A stretch of 63,188 nucleotides of DNA, the filler included, from Octopus bimaculoides (Eukaryota): NCBI RefSeq assembly GCF_001194135.2. It is 3 parts of 3 records of this genome, joined end to end, with 100 filler letters (N's around TTAATTAATTAA, not from the genome) between each part and the next. Parts side by side here need not be neighbours in the genome. Positions count along the whole stretch, not along the records: positions 1 to 19,066 come from NC_068997.1; 2 more parts are not named here. One strand, written 5' to 3'. The notes beneath the pieces were generated by a model that searched no databases, was not told the DNA's origin, and saw nothing but the letters and a program-made list of their open reading frames with translations. The translations under genes were made by a program, and so were the position numbers. Below are positions 1 to 13,349 of the stretch, piece by piece. Positions within the stretch are counted from its first letter, which is position 1; the number at the start of each line of letters is the position of its first letter.

Positions 1-505
1 GCGTGTGTGTGTGTCTGTGTGTGTGTTACGAACTCAGAAACACCAAAAGCATCACTGCCTTCTATTTGTTATTCATTTCACCTCGCTTTGCATAAATATT
101 TTGTGTTCAAAAATTAGTTTGATATGCTGGGGTGTAGATGTAGCGTTATTCGGTAGGTAGATGAAGTTAGAAAGAAATGGTGGGGGCGTTTTCTTTGTTT
201 TTGTTTGTTTGTCGTTATTTTATTTTTTTTGTTTAATTTTGTTTTCGATGAAGTAAAAACAGTTTTCTTTATTGTCTTAGCACGCAATGGTGCCAACGAA
301 CGAGACTGTACGCCTCATCACAGATTTCACAGACTCACATTTTAATTATCTTTTTTGCCAACGTTTCTACCATATCTCTTTTAGACTTCGTCATCGTCAT
401 CATTGTCACCTCCACCAACACCACACCCACCAACCACCCACCACCACATCATCATCATCATCATCATTGTCATCGTCACTGCCACCATTATTTCCGCCAC
501 CATTT

Positions 506-720
506 AAGGCGGTGAGCTGGCAAAATCGTTACGACGCCGGACAACTTGCTTAGCAGCATTTCATCCGTCTTTACGTTTCTGAGTTCGAATTCCGCCGAGG
601 TCGACTTTGCCTTTCATTCTTTTGGGACGGATAAAATAAGAACCAGTTGCATACTGGGTCGATATAATCGGCATACCCACTACCCCGAAATTGCTGGCAT
701 TGTGCCAAAATTTGAAACCG
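506..720 (+). mobile_element. tRNA-derived SINE family A (Nin/Deu-domain-like)
   Basis: Head aaggcggtgagctggcaaaatcgtta, B-box-like gagttcgaattcc, central gaggtcgactttgcctttcattc, recurring >15 times in the window. Resemblance to the Nin/Deu SINE domain is from memory. Confidence 0.8.
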
Positions 721-942
721 TTATTACCGCTATCATCATCGTCATCGTCATCATCACCATCATCACTACCAGCAACAACAACAACCACCCACCAATACCA
801 ACACCATCGTCATCATCATCATCACCACCATCATCGTTATCTGCGATTCCTTTTCTTCCCATCTTTCATTACTTTGTCTTCCGTTATAGTTACTGGTGGT
901 GGTGGTCACGGTTTTGTTGTCGCTGTTCGTGTTGTTATTGCT

Positions 943-957
943 GCTGATGTGAAAGTA

Positions 958-992
<35 letters not shown>

Positions 993-1160
993 ATGGTGGT
1001 GGTGATTGTGATTATAGTGATGGTGGTGATGGTGGTAGCAGTAGTGGTAGTAATATCGTCGATGGTAGTGGTAGTAGTAGTAATTGTTATTGTAATAGTG
1101 GTAGTAGTAATAGTAATTGTTGTTGTAACAGTGGTAGTAGTAGCAGTGGTCGTGGTGGCA

Positions 1161-1208
<48 letters not shown>
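943..1208. repeat. (GTA)n/(GTG)n trinucleotide low-complexity tract
   Basis: Directly visible gtagtagta/gtggtg runs. Confidence 0.95.
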
Positions 1209-2590
1209 TATTGCTTGTTTTTTTAAGGTTTTTTTTGTGGGTGGGGTGAGTTTTGTTTTGTTCTTTCCGCCACCCTAACNNNNNNNNNNNNNNNNNNNNN
1301 NNNNNNNNNNNNNNNNNNNNNNNNNNNNNNNNNNNNNNNNNNNNNNNNNNNNNNNNNNNNNNNNNNNNNNNNNNNNNNNNNNNNNNNNNNNNNNNNNNNN
1401 NNNNNNNNNNNNNNNNNNNNNNNNNNNNNNNNNNNNNNNNNNNNNNNNNNNNNNNNNNNNNNNNNNNNNNNNNNNNNNNNNNNNNNNNNNNNNNNNNNNN
1501 NNNNNNNNNNNNNNNNNNNNNNNNNNNNNNNNNNNNNNNNNNNNNNNNNGTTGTTGTTGTTGTTAGTGATGTTGTTTGTGTTGCTGTTATTGTTGTTAAT
1601 GTTATTTATTATCCCTACGATACGTTAGTCATGTTCCGTGTGTTGCAATCACTTCGATGCCTTTGTTTTTGTTGTTGTTAATGATGATGATGATGATTGT
1701 TATGATGGTAGTGGTGGTGGTAGTGGTGAGGGGTTTGTTAATGTGGTAAAGTGACGCTGGTGATGAGATTGGAGATGGAGGAATGGCGACCGTAGTATTA
1801 GCAGCAGTAACAGCAGCAACAGAGGCAGCAGCAGCAGCCGTAGTAGTAGTAGTAGTAGTAGTAGTAGTAAGCGTTACATGTCTCATTCTCCCTACTGCAC
1901 AAATCTCTAGTCTTTTACCGCCAAACTTCACACACAAACAACAATGCCCTCTACCCAATACACACCTTGTCTTACCTGGATTCCATCAGCAAATGATTTC
2001 CAGTTGCTTTCGTTCAAAGACCTCAGTCTAAGTTCCCATCTTTTACCTCTATTATTTCAAAAACTCCCCCGAATGGGGTCACCATTGCCCTTTCATCCTT
2101 TTCATCGGGGGTCCATAAAAAAAATTACTATTCCTGTGGAGTGGATTAGCAAATATATAAGAATTTCAGACGGGATGCCTTGCGGTATTTGTTCCTCCTC
2201 GTTGCGTTCTGAGTTCAAATCTCTCCATGGCCTAGTTGGATAGACTTAACACGGTACCCATTTTAACATCTGGTACCTTGCGTACATTTAAAGGATTCCA
2301 TTCGGGCCAAGCCTTGCAGTAAAGATACAGCGTTGAGGTCTTCAATGAGAATCTGTTTTATTTCCCTTTATCATTCCCCAGTCGTTCTCGCATGTTCCCT
2401 TCATTTAATAGCCAAAAGGCATTGGACGTTTTTCAAAACTTCCATCTTCTGCGAAAATGCAGGATGTTTGTTTGAGCTCCAGCATGGCCTGGAGAGAATA
2501 TCATGCAGATTGGGAAGTTGATAGTGTAACGTATTTTATACGAGGGTGAATTTAGTGTCATAACGTAATGCAGAGGATGTGATTACGTGA

Positions 2591-2849
2591 AGGCGAGTGG
2601 CTTAGTGGTTAGGGCATTCGACTCCCGATCGTAAGGTCGCACGTTCGATTCCCAGCGGCGCATTGTGTCCTTCAGCAAGACATTTTATTTCAGATTGCTC
2701 CATTCCAATCAGTTGAGAAAAACGAGTTGTACTGGTAATGCAAAGGGCCAGTCTTGTCACATTCCGAGTCACGCTAGATCTCCCTAAGAAACTACTTTAA
2801 GAATAACAGCGTCTGTGGAGCACTCAGCCACTTGCACATTATTTTGTGA
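2591..2849 (+). mobile_element. tRNA-derived SINE family D (CORE-like centre)
   Basis: A-box-like ggcttagtggttagg, B-box cgttcgattccc, centre tgtgtccttcagcaagacatttt, tail gtctgtggagcactcagccacttgcac. Confidence 0.8.
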
Positions 2850-3155
2850 AGGTACATGGTTTAGTGGTTAGAGTATTTGGCTCAAAATCAAGAGGTCCTG
2901 AGTTCGATTCTCCTTAGGTCATTGTGTCCTTCAGCAAGACACTTTATTCCATGTTGCACCAATGCAATCAGTTGACAAAAATGAGTTGTACCTGTAATTC
3001 ACAAGAGCCGGCCTCGTCCCATTCTATGTCATGCTCAATCTTCCTGAGAACTATGTTAAGGGTATGCATGTCTGTGTAGTACTCATCCACTTCCACCTTC
3101 ATTTCACGAGCGGGCTGTTCCGTTAATCGGATCAACTGGAACCGACGGAGTGTCA
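2850..3155 (+). mobile_element. SINE family D, second tandem copy
   Basis: ggtttagtggttagag...gagttcgattc...tgtgtccttcagcaagacacttt, ending gatcaactggaaccgacggagtgtca. Confidence 0.8.
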
Positions 3156-3219
3156 TTATGTGACAGAGAACTGCGTCCGAGATGAAGCGTGTCTAAATGC
3201 AATGTGTGTGATAATCTGG

Positions 3220-3609
3220 AGTGGAGGCGCAATGGCCCAGTGGTTAGGGCAGCGGACTCGCGGTCATAGGATCGCGGTTTCGATTCCCAGAACGGGCGTT
3301 GTGAGTGTTTATTGAGCGAAAACACCTAAAGCTCCACGAGGCTCCGGCAGGGGATAGTGGCGAACCCTGCTGTACTCTTTCACCACAACTTTCTTTCTCT
3401 CACTCTTACTTCCTGTTTCTGTTGTGCCAGTAATTCGAAGGGTCAGCCTTGTCACACTCTGTGTCACGCTGAATATCCCCGAGAACTACGTTAAGGGTAC
3501 ACGTGTCCGTGGAGTGCTCAGTCACTTGCACGTTAATTTCACGAGCAGGCTGTTCTGTTGATCGGATCAACTGGAACACTCGTCGTCGTAAGCGACGGAG
3601 TGCCAACAA
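3220..3609 (+). mobile_element. Full-length tRNA-derived SINE family C with ~10-bp TSD
   Basis: Head agtggaggcgcaatggcccagtggttagg, tail gacggagtgccaacaa. Flanks gataatctgg (3210-3219) and gataatcagg (3610-3619). Near-identical inverted copy at 30856-31241. Confidence 0.9.
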
Positions 3610-3659
3610 GATAATCAGGCGCGTGAGCATAACATAGTTTCGTATTTGTGTGTAATAAT

Positions 3660-3857
3660 CATTTCAAATTTTAGCACAAGACCTGCAAATTTGTGGGAGG
3701 AGCTAAGTCAGTTACATCAACCCAGTGTATAACTGGTACTTATTTCAACGGCCTCCGACAGAATGATAGGCAAAGTCTACCCCAGCGGCATTTGATCTCA
3801 GAACGTAAAGACGGACGAAATACCGCTAAACATTTTGTCCGGTGTGCTAACGTTTCT
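3660..3857 (-). mobile_element. SINE family A copy
   Basis: Reverse complement of the family A body (ctcagaacgtaaagacggacgaaataccgctaaac). Confidence 0.8.
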
Positions 3858-5352
3858 CCTAGTTTCTGTGTAATAACGTAATATATTTTTGTGTGCAATA
3901 ATGTAGTGTGTGTGTGTTTGCCTGATAATGCCGTATGCAAATGTAATGAATAATGTGTTTATTTCGCAAATACAATAGTGCACTTAACTCTTTGATACAA
4001 GACATTCATCTCGTCCATGTTGTCGTCGCTGTTGTTGTTATTGTTGTTAATTTGCATATGTGCATCTTATTTGCCATCGCAAAACCTCTCACACAAGTCC
4101 ACATAAAAAAAAATCATAAATACAAACATTCAAACATAAAATCGAGCTCATGAAAATGTGTGGGGGGGGGCGTGTATATGCATGTATATATATATATATA
4201 TATATGTATATATTTGTATATGTATATATTTGTATATGTATATATTTGTATATATATATATATATGGATGTGTGTGTGTGTGTGTGTGTATGCATGAGTT
4301 TGTATGTATGTATGTATGTTATTTATGTGACAAGTGTTTATGTATGCGTGTACGTACGTATGTATGAATATATGTGTGTATTTACATATATATGTATGAA
4401 TTTGTGTATGTGTGTGTGTGTCTATGTGTGTGTATGTATGTATGTGTATATGCATGTATGTGAGTATGTATGACGGCATGTATGAACGTGTGTGTATGCA
4501 TGTATGTATGTAACGCATGTACTTATGTATATATGTGTGTATGTATGTAGGTGTGTATGTATGTATGTATGTGTGTCTGTGTATGCATATATGTATGTAT
4601 GTGTGTATGTGTGTACGTATGTATGTATGTATATGCGTGTTTATGTGTGTGTGTATGACTATGTGACCCCAAGAAGAAAAACAACACCAGACCATATATT
4701 AGCGTTTAACACACATGTTAAAACACAATGAAATCTTATCCGAAAACAACAACAACAACATTGACAACAAATATAAAAAGCGTAATTTATAAAGAAGACC
4801 ACTTTCGTAGTTGTTGTTGCTGTTGTTGTTGTAGTTAACGTTGTTGTTATACTAATTATTGTTGTTGTAGTTCTTGTTGCTGTTTGCTCGATCTTTCTCA
4901 CATTATTTGCTGTCATTGATCTTAATATGTTTTCGCCACCGCCCCACCAGCGCCCTCTCCGCCATTTTCTTCCTTTTCTTATTGTTGTTGTTTATTTCTC
5001 TTTCATCGTCTTACTTTCTTTGATTCAATTCTCTCCTTTCTCCAAACCGACACTGTCTTCTGTTTGCTGCTGCTGCTGCTGCTGCTACTACTACTACTCT
5101 ATGTTTGTATTTTCTTTCTCACCAGATAACACATTAAACCTCATCCACACACACACACAGACACACATGCACTTACATTCACGTACATACACACGCATAT
5201 ATATATACGGCCTCCGATTTGGTACTTGCGCAAATAACTATTTATATATACATATCCATATATACGTACACACACACACACATATATATATATACACTTA
5301 TATACATACATACAGAGAGAGGCAGGTATTCATATACATACATATGTGTGCA

Positions 5353-5426
<74 letters not shown>

Positions 5427-5483
5427 CATTCATTCAAACATACATACATACATACATACATACGTACGTACGTACGTATGTAC

Positions 5484-5600
5484 ATATCTGACACAGACCA
5501 TGTGTCGGTAGCCAGCTGGAAAAGGTGTTTTCCTGGGGCTAAAATGTAGTAACATCGTCCTGCGTAGGACTGCCTCAATGTGGTGGCAAATAGACTTTAC
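5484..5600 (+). repeat. Unclassified ~120-bp interspersed repeat
   Basis: gacacagaccatgtgtcggtagccagctggaaaaggtg...cctggggcta aligns with 48775-48890. Confidence 0.6.
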
Positions 5601-5692
5601 TATATATGTATATGTGTGTGTGTAGAGAGACAGAGAGAGAGAGAAAGTAAGAGATTAAAATACACGCACACAGGAGTATATATATATAAATT

Positions 5693-5746
<54 letters not shown>

Positions 5747-6074
5747 NNNNNNNNNNNNNNNNNNNNNNNNNNNNNNNNNNNNNNNNNNNNNNNNNNNNNN
5801 NNNNNNNNNNNNNNNNNNNNNNNNNNNACACACACACACACACACACCCGTACATATATATGTATACATGAATACGCATACATACTTGCATATTTCTGCG
5901 CGCCCGCGCGTTTATGTGTATACAATCTTGACAAGTCACATGATCTAAGGCCCGTGTTTAAACCTGGATCAATTACATCGTAAAACAGTTAAGTGTTAAT
6001 CACTTAAAAACACCCTAAAGCTGTTTTATTCTAGGTTTATTGTCTAAACGATTACGGTCTATTATGATGTGGAA

Positions 6075-6590
6075 AGAAGTTTCGTCTTCTTGCACCTACA
6101 GAGTATCTTAACAGGCATGATAGAGCAGCACAATATATTCACTAAGTAATTTGCGAAACCTGGACCTGCCCCTTGATAAAAAACTGGTGGGAGTACAAAC
6201 CACCTCCAGTGCTTGAAAATGATCACATCTCACTTCTCTGGAACTTCACTGTTCAAACTGACAGAAAAATAGGTGCGAATAGGCCAGACATTACATTGAA
6301 AGACTTCAGACAAAAACCATGCCTCCTCATTGATATGACTGTCCCAATCGATATAAACGTATCTGTCAAGACCTACCAAAAACTGAGCAAGTATAAAGAT
6401 CTTGAAATAGAAATTGGCAAAATGTGGAACCTCAAGACTAAAACAATACTTGTTGTGATAGGTGCCCTAGGAATGATAGCAAAAGGGGCCGATTGCTACC
6501 TAGCTCAGATACTAGGAAACCCCAAAATGGCAGAAATTCTAAAGATAGTGCTCATGGGAACTGCCCATATCCTACGTAAAATACTGTCTA
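6075..6590 (+). mobile_element. R4/Dong-clade non-LTR retrotransposon, RLE endonuclease C-terminal fragment
   Basis: Translation LAPTEYLNRHDRAAQYIH...WWEYKPPPVLENDHISLLWNFTVQTDRKIGANRPDITLKD...LLIDMTVP...KLSKYKDLEIEIGKMWNLKTKTILVVIGALG: RHD motif, PD-(D/E)xK nuclease and VVIGALG C-terminus typical of R4-clade ORFs. Confidence 0.9.
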
Positions 6591-7098
6591 NNNNNNNNNN
6601 NNNNNNNNNNNNNNNNNNNNNNNNNNNNNNNNNNNNNNNNNNNNNNNNNNNNNNNNNNNNNNNNNNNNNNNNNNNNNNNNNNNNNNNNNNNNNNNNNNNN
6701 NNNNNNNNNNNNNNNNNNNNNNNNNNNNNNNNNNNNNNNNNNNNNNNNNNNNNNNNNNNNNNNNNNNNNNNNNNNNNNNNNNNNNNNNNNNNNNNNNNNN
6801 NNNNNNNNNNNNNNNNNNNNNNNNNNNNNNNNNNNNNNNNNNNNNNNNNNNNNNNNNNNNNNNNNNNNNNNNNNNNNNNNNNNNNNNNNNNNNNNNNNNN
6901 NNNNNNNNNNNNNNNNNNNNNNNNNNNNNNNNNNNNNNNNNNNNNNNNNNNNNNNNNNNNNNNNNNNNNNNNNNNNNNNNNNNNNNNNNNNNNNNNNNNN
7001 NNNNNNNNNNNNNNNNNNNNNNNNNNNCCAACAAGTCGATCACGTAGAACCCCGAAAGGGTCTCTTTATTTTATTAAACAGAATGGTTTTCAAAAAGG

Positions 7099-7143
<45 letters not shown>

Positions 7144-7561
7144 ACGATTCGCCAAAAAGAGTCCCATAAAGTTAGTACCAGGCTTGAAAAATATTGGTAC
7201 TGGTGTCGATAAGATGTACTAAAATTCTTTCAGCCGGTGCCAGAGCACAGCCACGGTGTTACCATTAAAACAAAGAAAAAATAAAAGATAAAAGATTCAC
7301 ACACACACATACACACACACGCTTGTATGTGTGTATGTATGTAGACGATCATGGTGCCACAATCCCTGCTGCTGATGGTGGTGTTGGTTATAACGATGAT
7401 AATGATGATGATGATGTGGTAGTGGTTCTGGTAGTGATGATGATGTTGATAATGAAACACTGGATGTTGGGTTGTGATAGAGGAAGGTTAAATGAAAGAG
7501 ATATTACTTAACAGTAGATTTGTGTGGTATATAATTGCATATATATAATGTGTGTATATAA

Positions 7562-7602
<41 letters not shown>

Positions 7603-7671
7603 ATACAGATATATATACAAGTACATAAATATATATATATATAAACACAAATGTATATATGTGTGTGTGTT

Positions 7672-7720
<49 letters not shown>

Positions 7721-8606
7721 ATATACACACATCATAGACAATTGAATGCTACACCAAACGAAGGCCGTAGGTAGCAAATAGCCGCCCGCCACCTCCACCA
7801 AGCACTTCCACCGTTTTACGGTAGTGACACCGGAAATAGTTTGTACACTAAATTCATGTCATCAGAGGTCAAACAATTTCAAGCTTACTACACAGATAAT
7901 AAACATTAGCTTGAAATATCATCAGTTAGGCTAGCGCTGTATAGATGAGTGGGTGTGTATATATAGATGTGGGTGGATATGTGGGTGGATATGTGTGTGT
8001 GTGTGTGTNNNNNNNNNNNNNNNNNNNNNNNNNNNNNNNNNNNNNNNNNNNNNNNNNNNNNNNNNNNNNNNNNNNNNNNNNNNNNNNNNNNNNNNNNNNN
8101 NNNNNNNNNNNNNNNNNNNNNNNNNNNNNNNNNNNNNNNNNNNNNNNNNNNNNNNNNNNNNNNNNNNNNNNNNNNNNNNNNNNNNNNNNNNNNNNNNNNN
8201 NNNNNNNNNNNNNNNNNNNNNNNNNNNNNNNNNNNNNNNNNNNNNNNNNNNNNNNNNNNNNNNNNNNNNNNNNNNNNNNNNNNNNNNNNNNNNNNNNNNN
8301 NNNNNNNNNNNNNNNNNNNNNNNNNNNNNNNNNNNNNNNNNNNNNNNNNNNNNNNNNNNNNNNNNNNNNNNNNNNNNNNNNNNNNNNNNNNNNNNNNNNN
8401 NNNNNNNNNNNNNNNNNNNNNNNNNNNNNNNNNNNNNNNNNNNNNNNNNNNNNNNNNNNNNNNNNNNNNNNNNNNNNNNNNNNNNNNNNNNNNNNNNNNN
8501 NNNNNNNNNNNNNNNNNNNNNNNNNNNNNNNNNNNNNNNNNNNNNNNNNNNNNNNNNGAATATGTTAGGGTTTTGGTTGTGCGCGAGTTCCTGGTAGAGC
8601 GTGTAG

Positions 8607-8637
<31 letters not shown>

Positions 8638-8915
8638 CATATATTCTTCCATTCATTCGCTTTCATATATACTCATGTGTTTAGATATGTATATATATAT
8701 ATTTGTATATGTGTATATGTATATGCACACATATACATTTCTGGGTTCAGTCCCACTGCGTGGCAGCCTGGGCAAGTGTCTTCTACTATAGCCTCAAGCC
8801 AACCAAAGCCGTCCTCTATTGGCACGGCTCCGAAATAATACAAGGTAAAGTTGACTTCCGCCGAATTTGAACTCAGAACGTAGTGATCCAGAATAAATAC
8901 TGTGAGCAATTTTAT

Positions 8916-9227
8916 TTGTCACTCCGTCGGTTACGACGACGAGGGTTCCAGTTGATCCGAACAACGGAATAATCTGGTTGTGAAATTTGTGTGCAAGTGG
9001 CTGAGCACTCCACAGAGAAGCGGACCCTGAACACCGAATATACTTGAGAACAGAATGCGACAAGGCTGGTCCTTTGACTTACAGGTGGAACTCATTTTTG
9101 TCAGCTGATTGGACTGGAGCAACATGAAATAAATTGTCTTGCCGAAGGACACAATGCGCCGCTGAGGATCGAACTCACGCCCTTAAGATCCTAATCAGAA
9201 TACCCTAACCACTAAACTACGCGCCTT
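8916..9227 (-). mobile_element. SINE family D copy
   Basis: Reverse complement of the C/D tail (actccgtcggttacgacgacgagggttccagttgatcc) and head (ccctaaccactaaactacgcgcct). Confidence 0.8.
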
Positions 9228-9519
9228 TACACCATTTTATCTAACTCTTTAACGACTCTACCATTGAGCTGGATTCCAAAATAGAACCCTTAATTTTAAA
9301 CTACATTAGTCCAAGTTCATCTAGCCGTCGGTATGTACCACCAGGTCATCTGGGAAAGTTATTTCAGATAGTACCGGCCCCTTATCTAGGGGCTGAATTT
9401 TCATTTCTCTTTTCTTCTTCAGCATAACTAAGAACATGTTCTGTTCAAACGCCATATCAGGGCCCATTATGCATTTTCTTCTATAGAGAAGACGAGATAT
9501 CTTTTATCTGATGTGTGTT

Positions 9520-9895
9520 ATTTGTTCCAATCGTTAGATTGCAGCTATGCTGTTGCTCCACCTTTAAGAATTTTTAGTCGAACGAATCGACCCCGGTACC
9601 TATTACGTTTTTAAGCCTAGTTCTTATTTTATCGGTCGTTTCTGCCTAACCTATAAGTTACCAGAGCGTAAACAAACTAACACCGGCTGTCAAGTGCTGT
9701 GGTGAACAAACACAAACACATAGTCGTGTGTGTACGACGGGCTTCTTTCAGTTTGCGTCAGCCAAATCCACTCAGAAGGCTTTAGTCGACCCGAGGCTGC
9801 AGTAGAAGGCATTTGCCCAGGGTTCCACGCAGTGGGACTGAACCCGGAACCATGTGGTTGGAAAGTAAGTTTCTTATCACACGACCACAGCGTTT
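9520..9895 (-). mobile_element. tRNA-derived CORE-like SINE family B (octopus OR/OK-like)
   Basis: gggcttctttcagtttgcgtc...cccgaggctgcagtagaagg...gggactgaacccggaaccatgtggttgg, the reverse complement of the full copy at 43369-43785. Confidence 0.8.
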
Positions 9896-10211
9896 AAATG
9901 ACTTGTCGAGATGTACCTGGGGGTGTATGAGTAAAATGTTACGGTAAGACACGATGAAAGGATGCTGAGCGAGAGAGTGAGAGAGAGAGGGTGAGAGAGG
10001 GGTGGGTGAGAAGGTGAGAGTGTTTGAAATTAGGTGGTTCGGTCGTTTACATACTGAACATGTTAGTGAATTAAACGGTCCTCAGCGGGTAGCTGTGTAC
10101 TTGAGGACTGCAGATATAGTTTAACGAGTCGTTACCTACCCCGAATACCCGGGGTGACGCGAGAGACCTACATGCTGTCTTAGGAAATTAAGACGCCCTC
10201 TCACACTGCGC

Positions 10212-11070
10212 TGAGTAAAAACAACAACACAAACAACAACGACACCAACAACAAAAACAACAACAACAGCAAAGACAAGAATAGAAGCAATTGCAACAAC
10301 AGAGCAAAAAAGAAAAAAACAGCAAATAATAATAATAACAACACAATAACAAACAACAGCAGAGGCATCACTTGCACTTACAGAACAAAAACAATAGCTG
10401 ATGATGATGATGATGATGATGATAATAATAAGAGCAAGAACAAAAGCCATAGCAATTGCACCAACAGAGCAAAAACAAAAGCAAGAAGAAGAAGAAAAAG
10501 GAGAAGGAAAAGAAGGATAAAAAGGAAAAGAAGAAGGAAAAGAAGAAGGATAAAAAGGAAAAGAAGTAGACGAAGAAAAAGGAAAAGGAGAAGAAAAAGA
10601 AAAAGAGGAATAAAAAGGAAAAGAAAAAGGAGAAGACGAAGAAGAAGTAGACGAAGACGTAGACGAAGAAAAAGGAGAAGAAGGAAAAGGAGGAGAAGAA
10701 GAAAAAGAACAACAACAAAAATAACTACAACAAAAATAAAAGCCACAGCAATTGCAACAGCAACAACAGTAACAGCTCAAGAGAAACAAAAACGACACCA
10801 ACAACAACAAGAACAATAACAAACAGAAACAATAATAACAATGACAACAATAACAAAAACACACAAAACGGCAACAACAATGAAGTTATAAGGTTTTTGC
10901 ATTGGAAATACCCAGAATGCCGACCCACCCCCTTCACCCTTCCCCCAAGGCACAACAACAACCACAACAACAAGATGAAGATATAACTAATAATAATGAT
11001 ATTGTTTATGTTAATAGCAATATTGGTGGACAACAATAACATCAACAATAAGTGTAACAACAACAACACA
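10212..11070. repeat. A-rich (AAC/AAG/ATG) low-complexity tract with short minisatellite units
   Basis: Directly visible, e.g. repeated aaaagaagaaggataaaaagg. Confidence 0.9.
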
Positions 11071-11127
11071 TGTACATACACGAACGCACGCACACATACA
11101 CGAACTCACACACACACACACACACAC

Positions 11128-11164
<37 letters not shown>

Positions 11165-11235
11165 TATATGTAATTTGCATATATATATATAAATATATTT
11201 GTGTATATATGTATATGCATGCGTATACATGCTTG

Positions 11236-11275
<40 letters not shown>

Positions 11276-11819
11276 CTCGTTCCAATCATGCGGCTGCGGT
11301 CATGCTGTAGCACCACCATGTTATGTATGTGTATGTAAATATAAGTATACTTGTAAATATATATCTATATATCTACTCACATATACACACGTATATATGC
11401 GCGCACACACACATACATACACATACACACACGCACACATATGTATATACACACACATGTATATGTATCTATGTGTGTATACATGCAAATATCTACGCAT
11501 AGGGGGTACGTTGACATACAAATACATTTGCTTCACATAAGACAGCTACTAGGCGGGTGTTTGAAGTAACTCATCCACTGCCACCCCGAACCGTTACCCT
11601 AAACGCCACCCCGACACCTCAACCCCTTGCCATCCGTAAACCACCACCCACATCTGAACCCACCACACCCAACCTTACCAAAACAAAATAAAACAAGGCA
11701 CCAAGCTTCCTTTTGTTGCCTACACCATCCTACCCCTTACTTCCACCCGGCTACCAACAACCAATTCTTCATCCACGACTCCACCACCACCATCACCACT
11801 ACCCGAGAGGTATGACTGC

Positions 11820-12000
11820 CCACCCGGCCCACGTCGTTACCCTATACCACCTAACACACAGCCGCACGTTTGGCGCCAAAGCGGAGCGTCAAACGGCTAA
11901 TTAACCGTTGACTTATAGAATGAGAGCGAAACAACTCAGCGAGAAAATGGAAGACGAGCAACAACAACAAAAGCAGCGACGACGACGGCGCGAAAAGGAT
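11820..12000. promoter_or_regulatory. CpG-rich promoter-like segment with palindromic E2F site
   Basis: TTTGGCGCCAAA at 11869-11880 within locally CpG-rich, non-repeat sequence. Confidence 0.35.
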
Positions 12001-13349
12001 TTTCTGGTTTTGAGAATGGACATTTTTATTTTTTAATTTTTTAGTTTCGTGCTTCTGTGATTTCCATTTCATTAAAAAAAATCTCCATCGAATCTTCTTC
12101 AAGGACAACTTGGCCTACACCGTCTCCTACTTATTTCTTTATCATATATTTATAAACACACACACACACATATATGTATATATACGTATATAAATGTATA
12201 TACGCTCATCCATTGATTCATCTGTATATATATATATATATATATACATATATATATACATATATACATAAACACACATATATACATAAACACACATATA
12301 TACATAAACACACATATATATGTGTATATATATAACCATTCATCTACTGTTGTATGTCTGTGTGCATACACAACTATATGTACGTGTATATATATATATA
12401 CATATACACACAAATATATATGTATATACGTGTATATATATATGTACGTGTATATATATATATATATATATGTATGTATATNNNNNNNNNNNNNNNNNNN
12501 NNNNNNNNNNNNNNNNNNNNNNNNNNNNNNNNNNNNNNNNNNNNNNNNNNNNNNNNNNNNNNNNNNNNNNNNNNNNNNNNNNNNNNNNNNNNNNNNNNNN
12601 NNNNNNNNNNNNNNNNNNNNNNNNNNNNNNNNNNNNNNNNNNNNNNNNNNNNNNNNNNNNNNNNNNNNNNNNNNNNNNNNNNNNNNNNNNNNNNNNNNNN
12701 NNNNNNNNNNNNNNNNNNNNNNNNNNNNNNNNNNNNNNNNNNNNNNNNNNNNNNNNNNNNNNNNNNNNNNNNNNNNNNNNNNNNNNNNNNNNNNNNNNNN
12801 NNNNNNNNNNNNNNNNNNNNNNNNNNNNNNNNNNNNNNNNNNNNNNNNNNNNNNNNNNNNNNNNNNNNNNNNNNNNNNNNNNNNNNNNNNNNNNNNNNNN
12901 NNNNNNNNNNNNNNNNNNNNNNNNNNNNNNNNNNNNNNNNNNNNNNNNNNNNNNNNNNNNNNNNNNNNNNNNNNNNNNNNNNNNNNNNNNNNNNNNNNNN
13001 NNNNNNNNNNNNNNNNNNNNNNNNNNNNNNNNNNNNNNNNNNNNNNNNNNNNNNNNNNNNNNNNNNNNNNNNNNNNNNNNNNNNNNNNNNNNNNNNNNNN
13101 NNNNNNNNNNNNNNNNNNNNNNGTATTTAAGGATTAAGAAACATGGTTTGATAGTGAGGCGAGGGAGTTGATCACAAGACAGAAACCTCTCGGCACACAG
13201 CAACAAGCAGCAACTTGGTTGAGGGATAAAGAGCGTCGGTTGAACTTCTGTGCGTTTGGGATTTAAACCATACCGAGGCGAGCTTTTTGCTCTTTATCTT
13301 ATTTATCCTTTCGAGGTTGATATATAAATAGAATTTTAGCGATTTCTGT

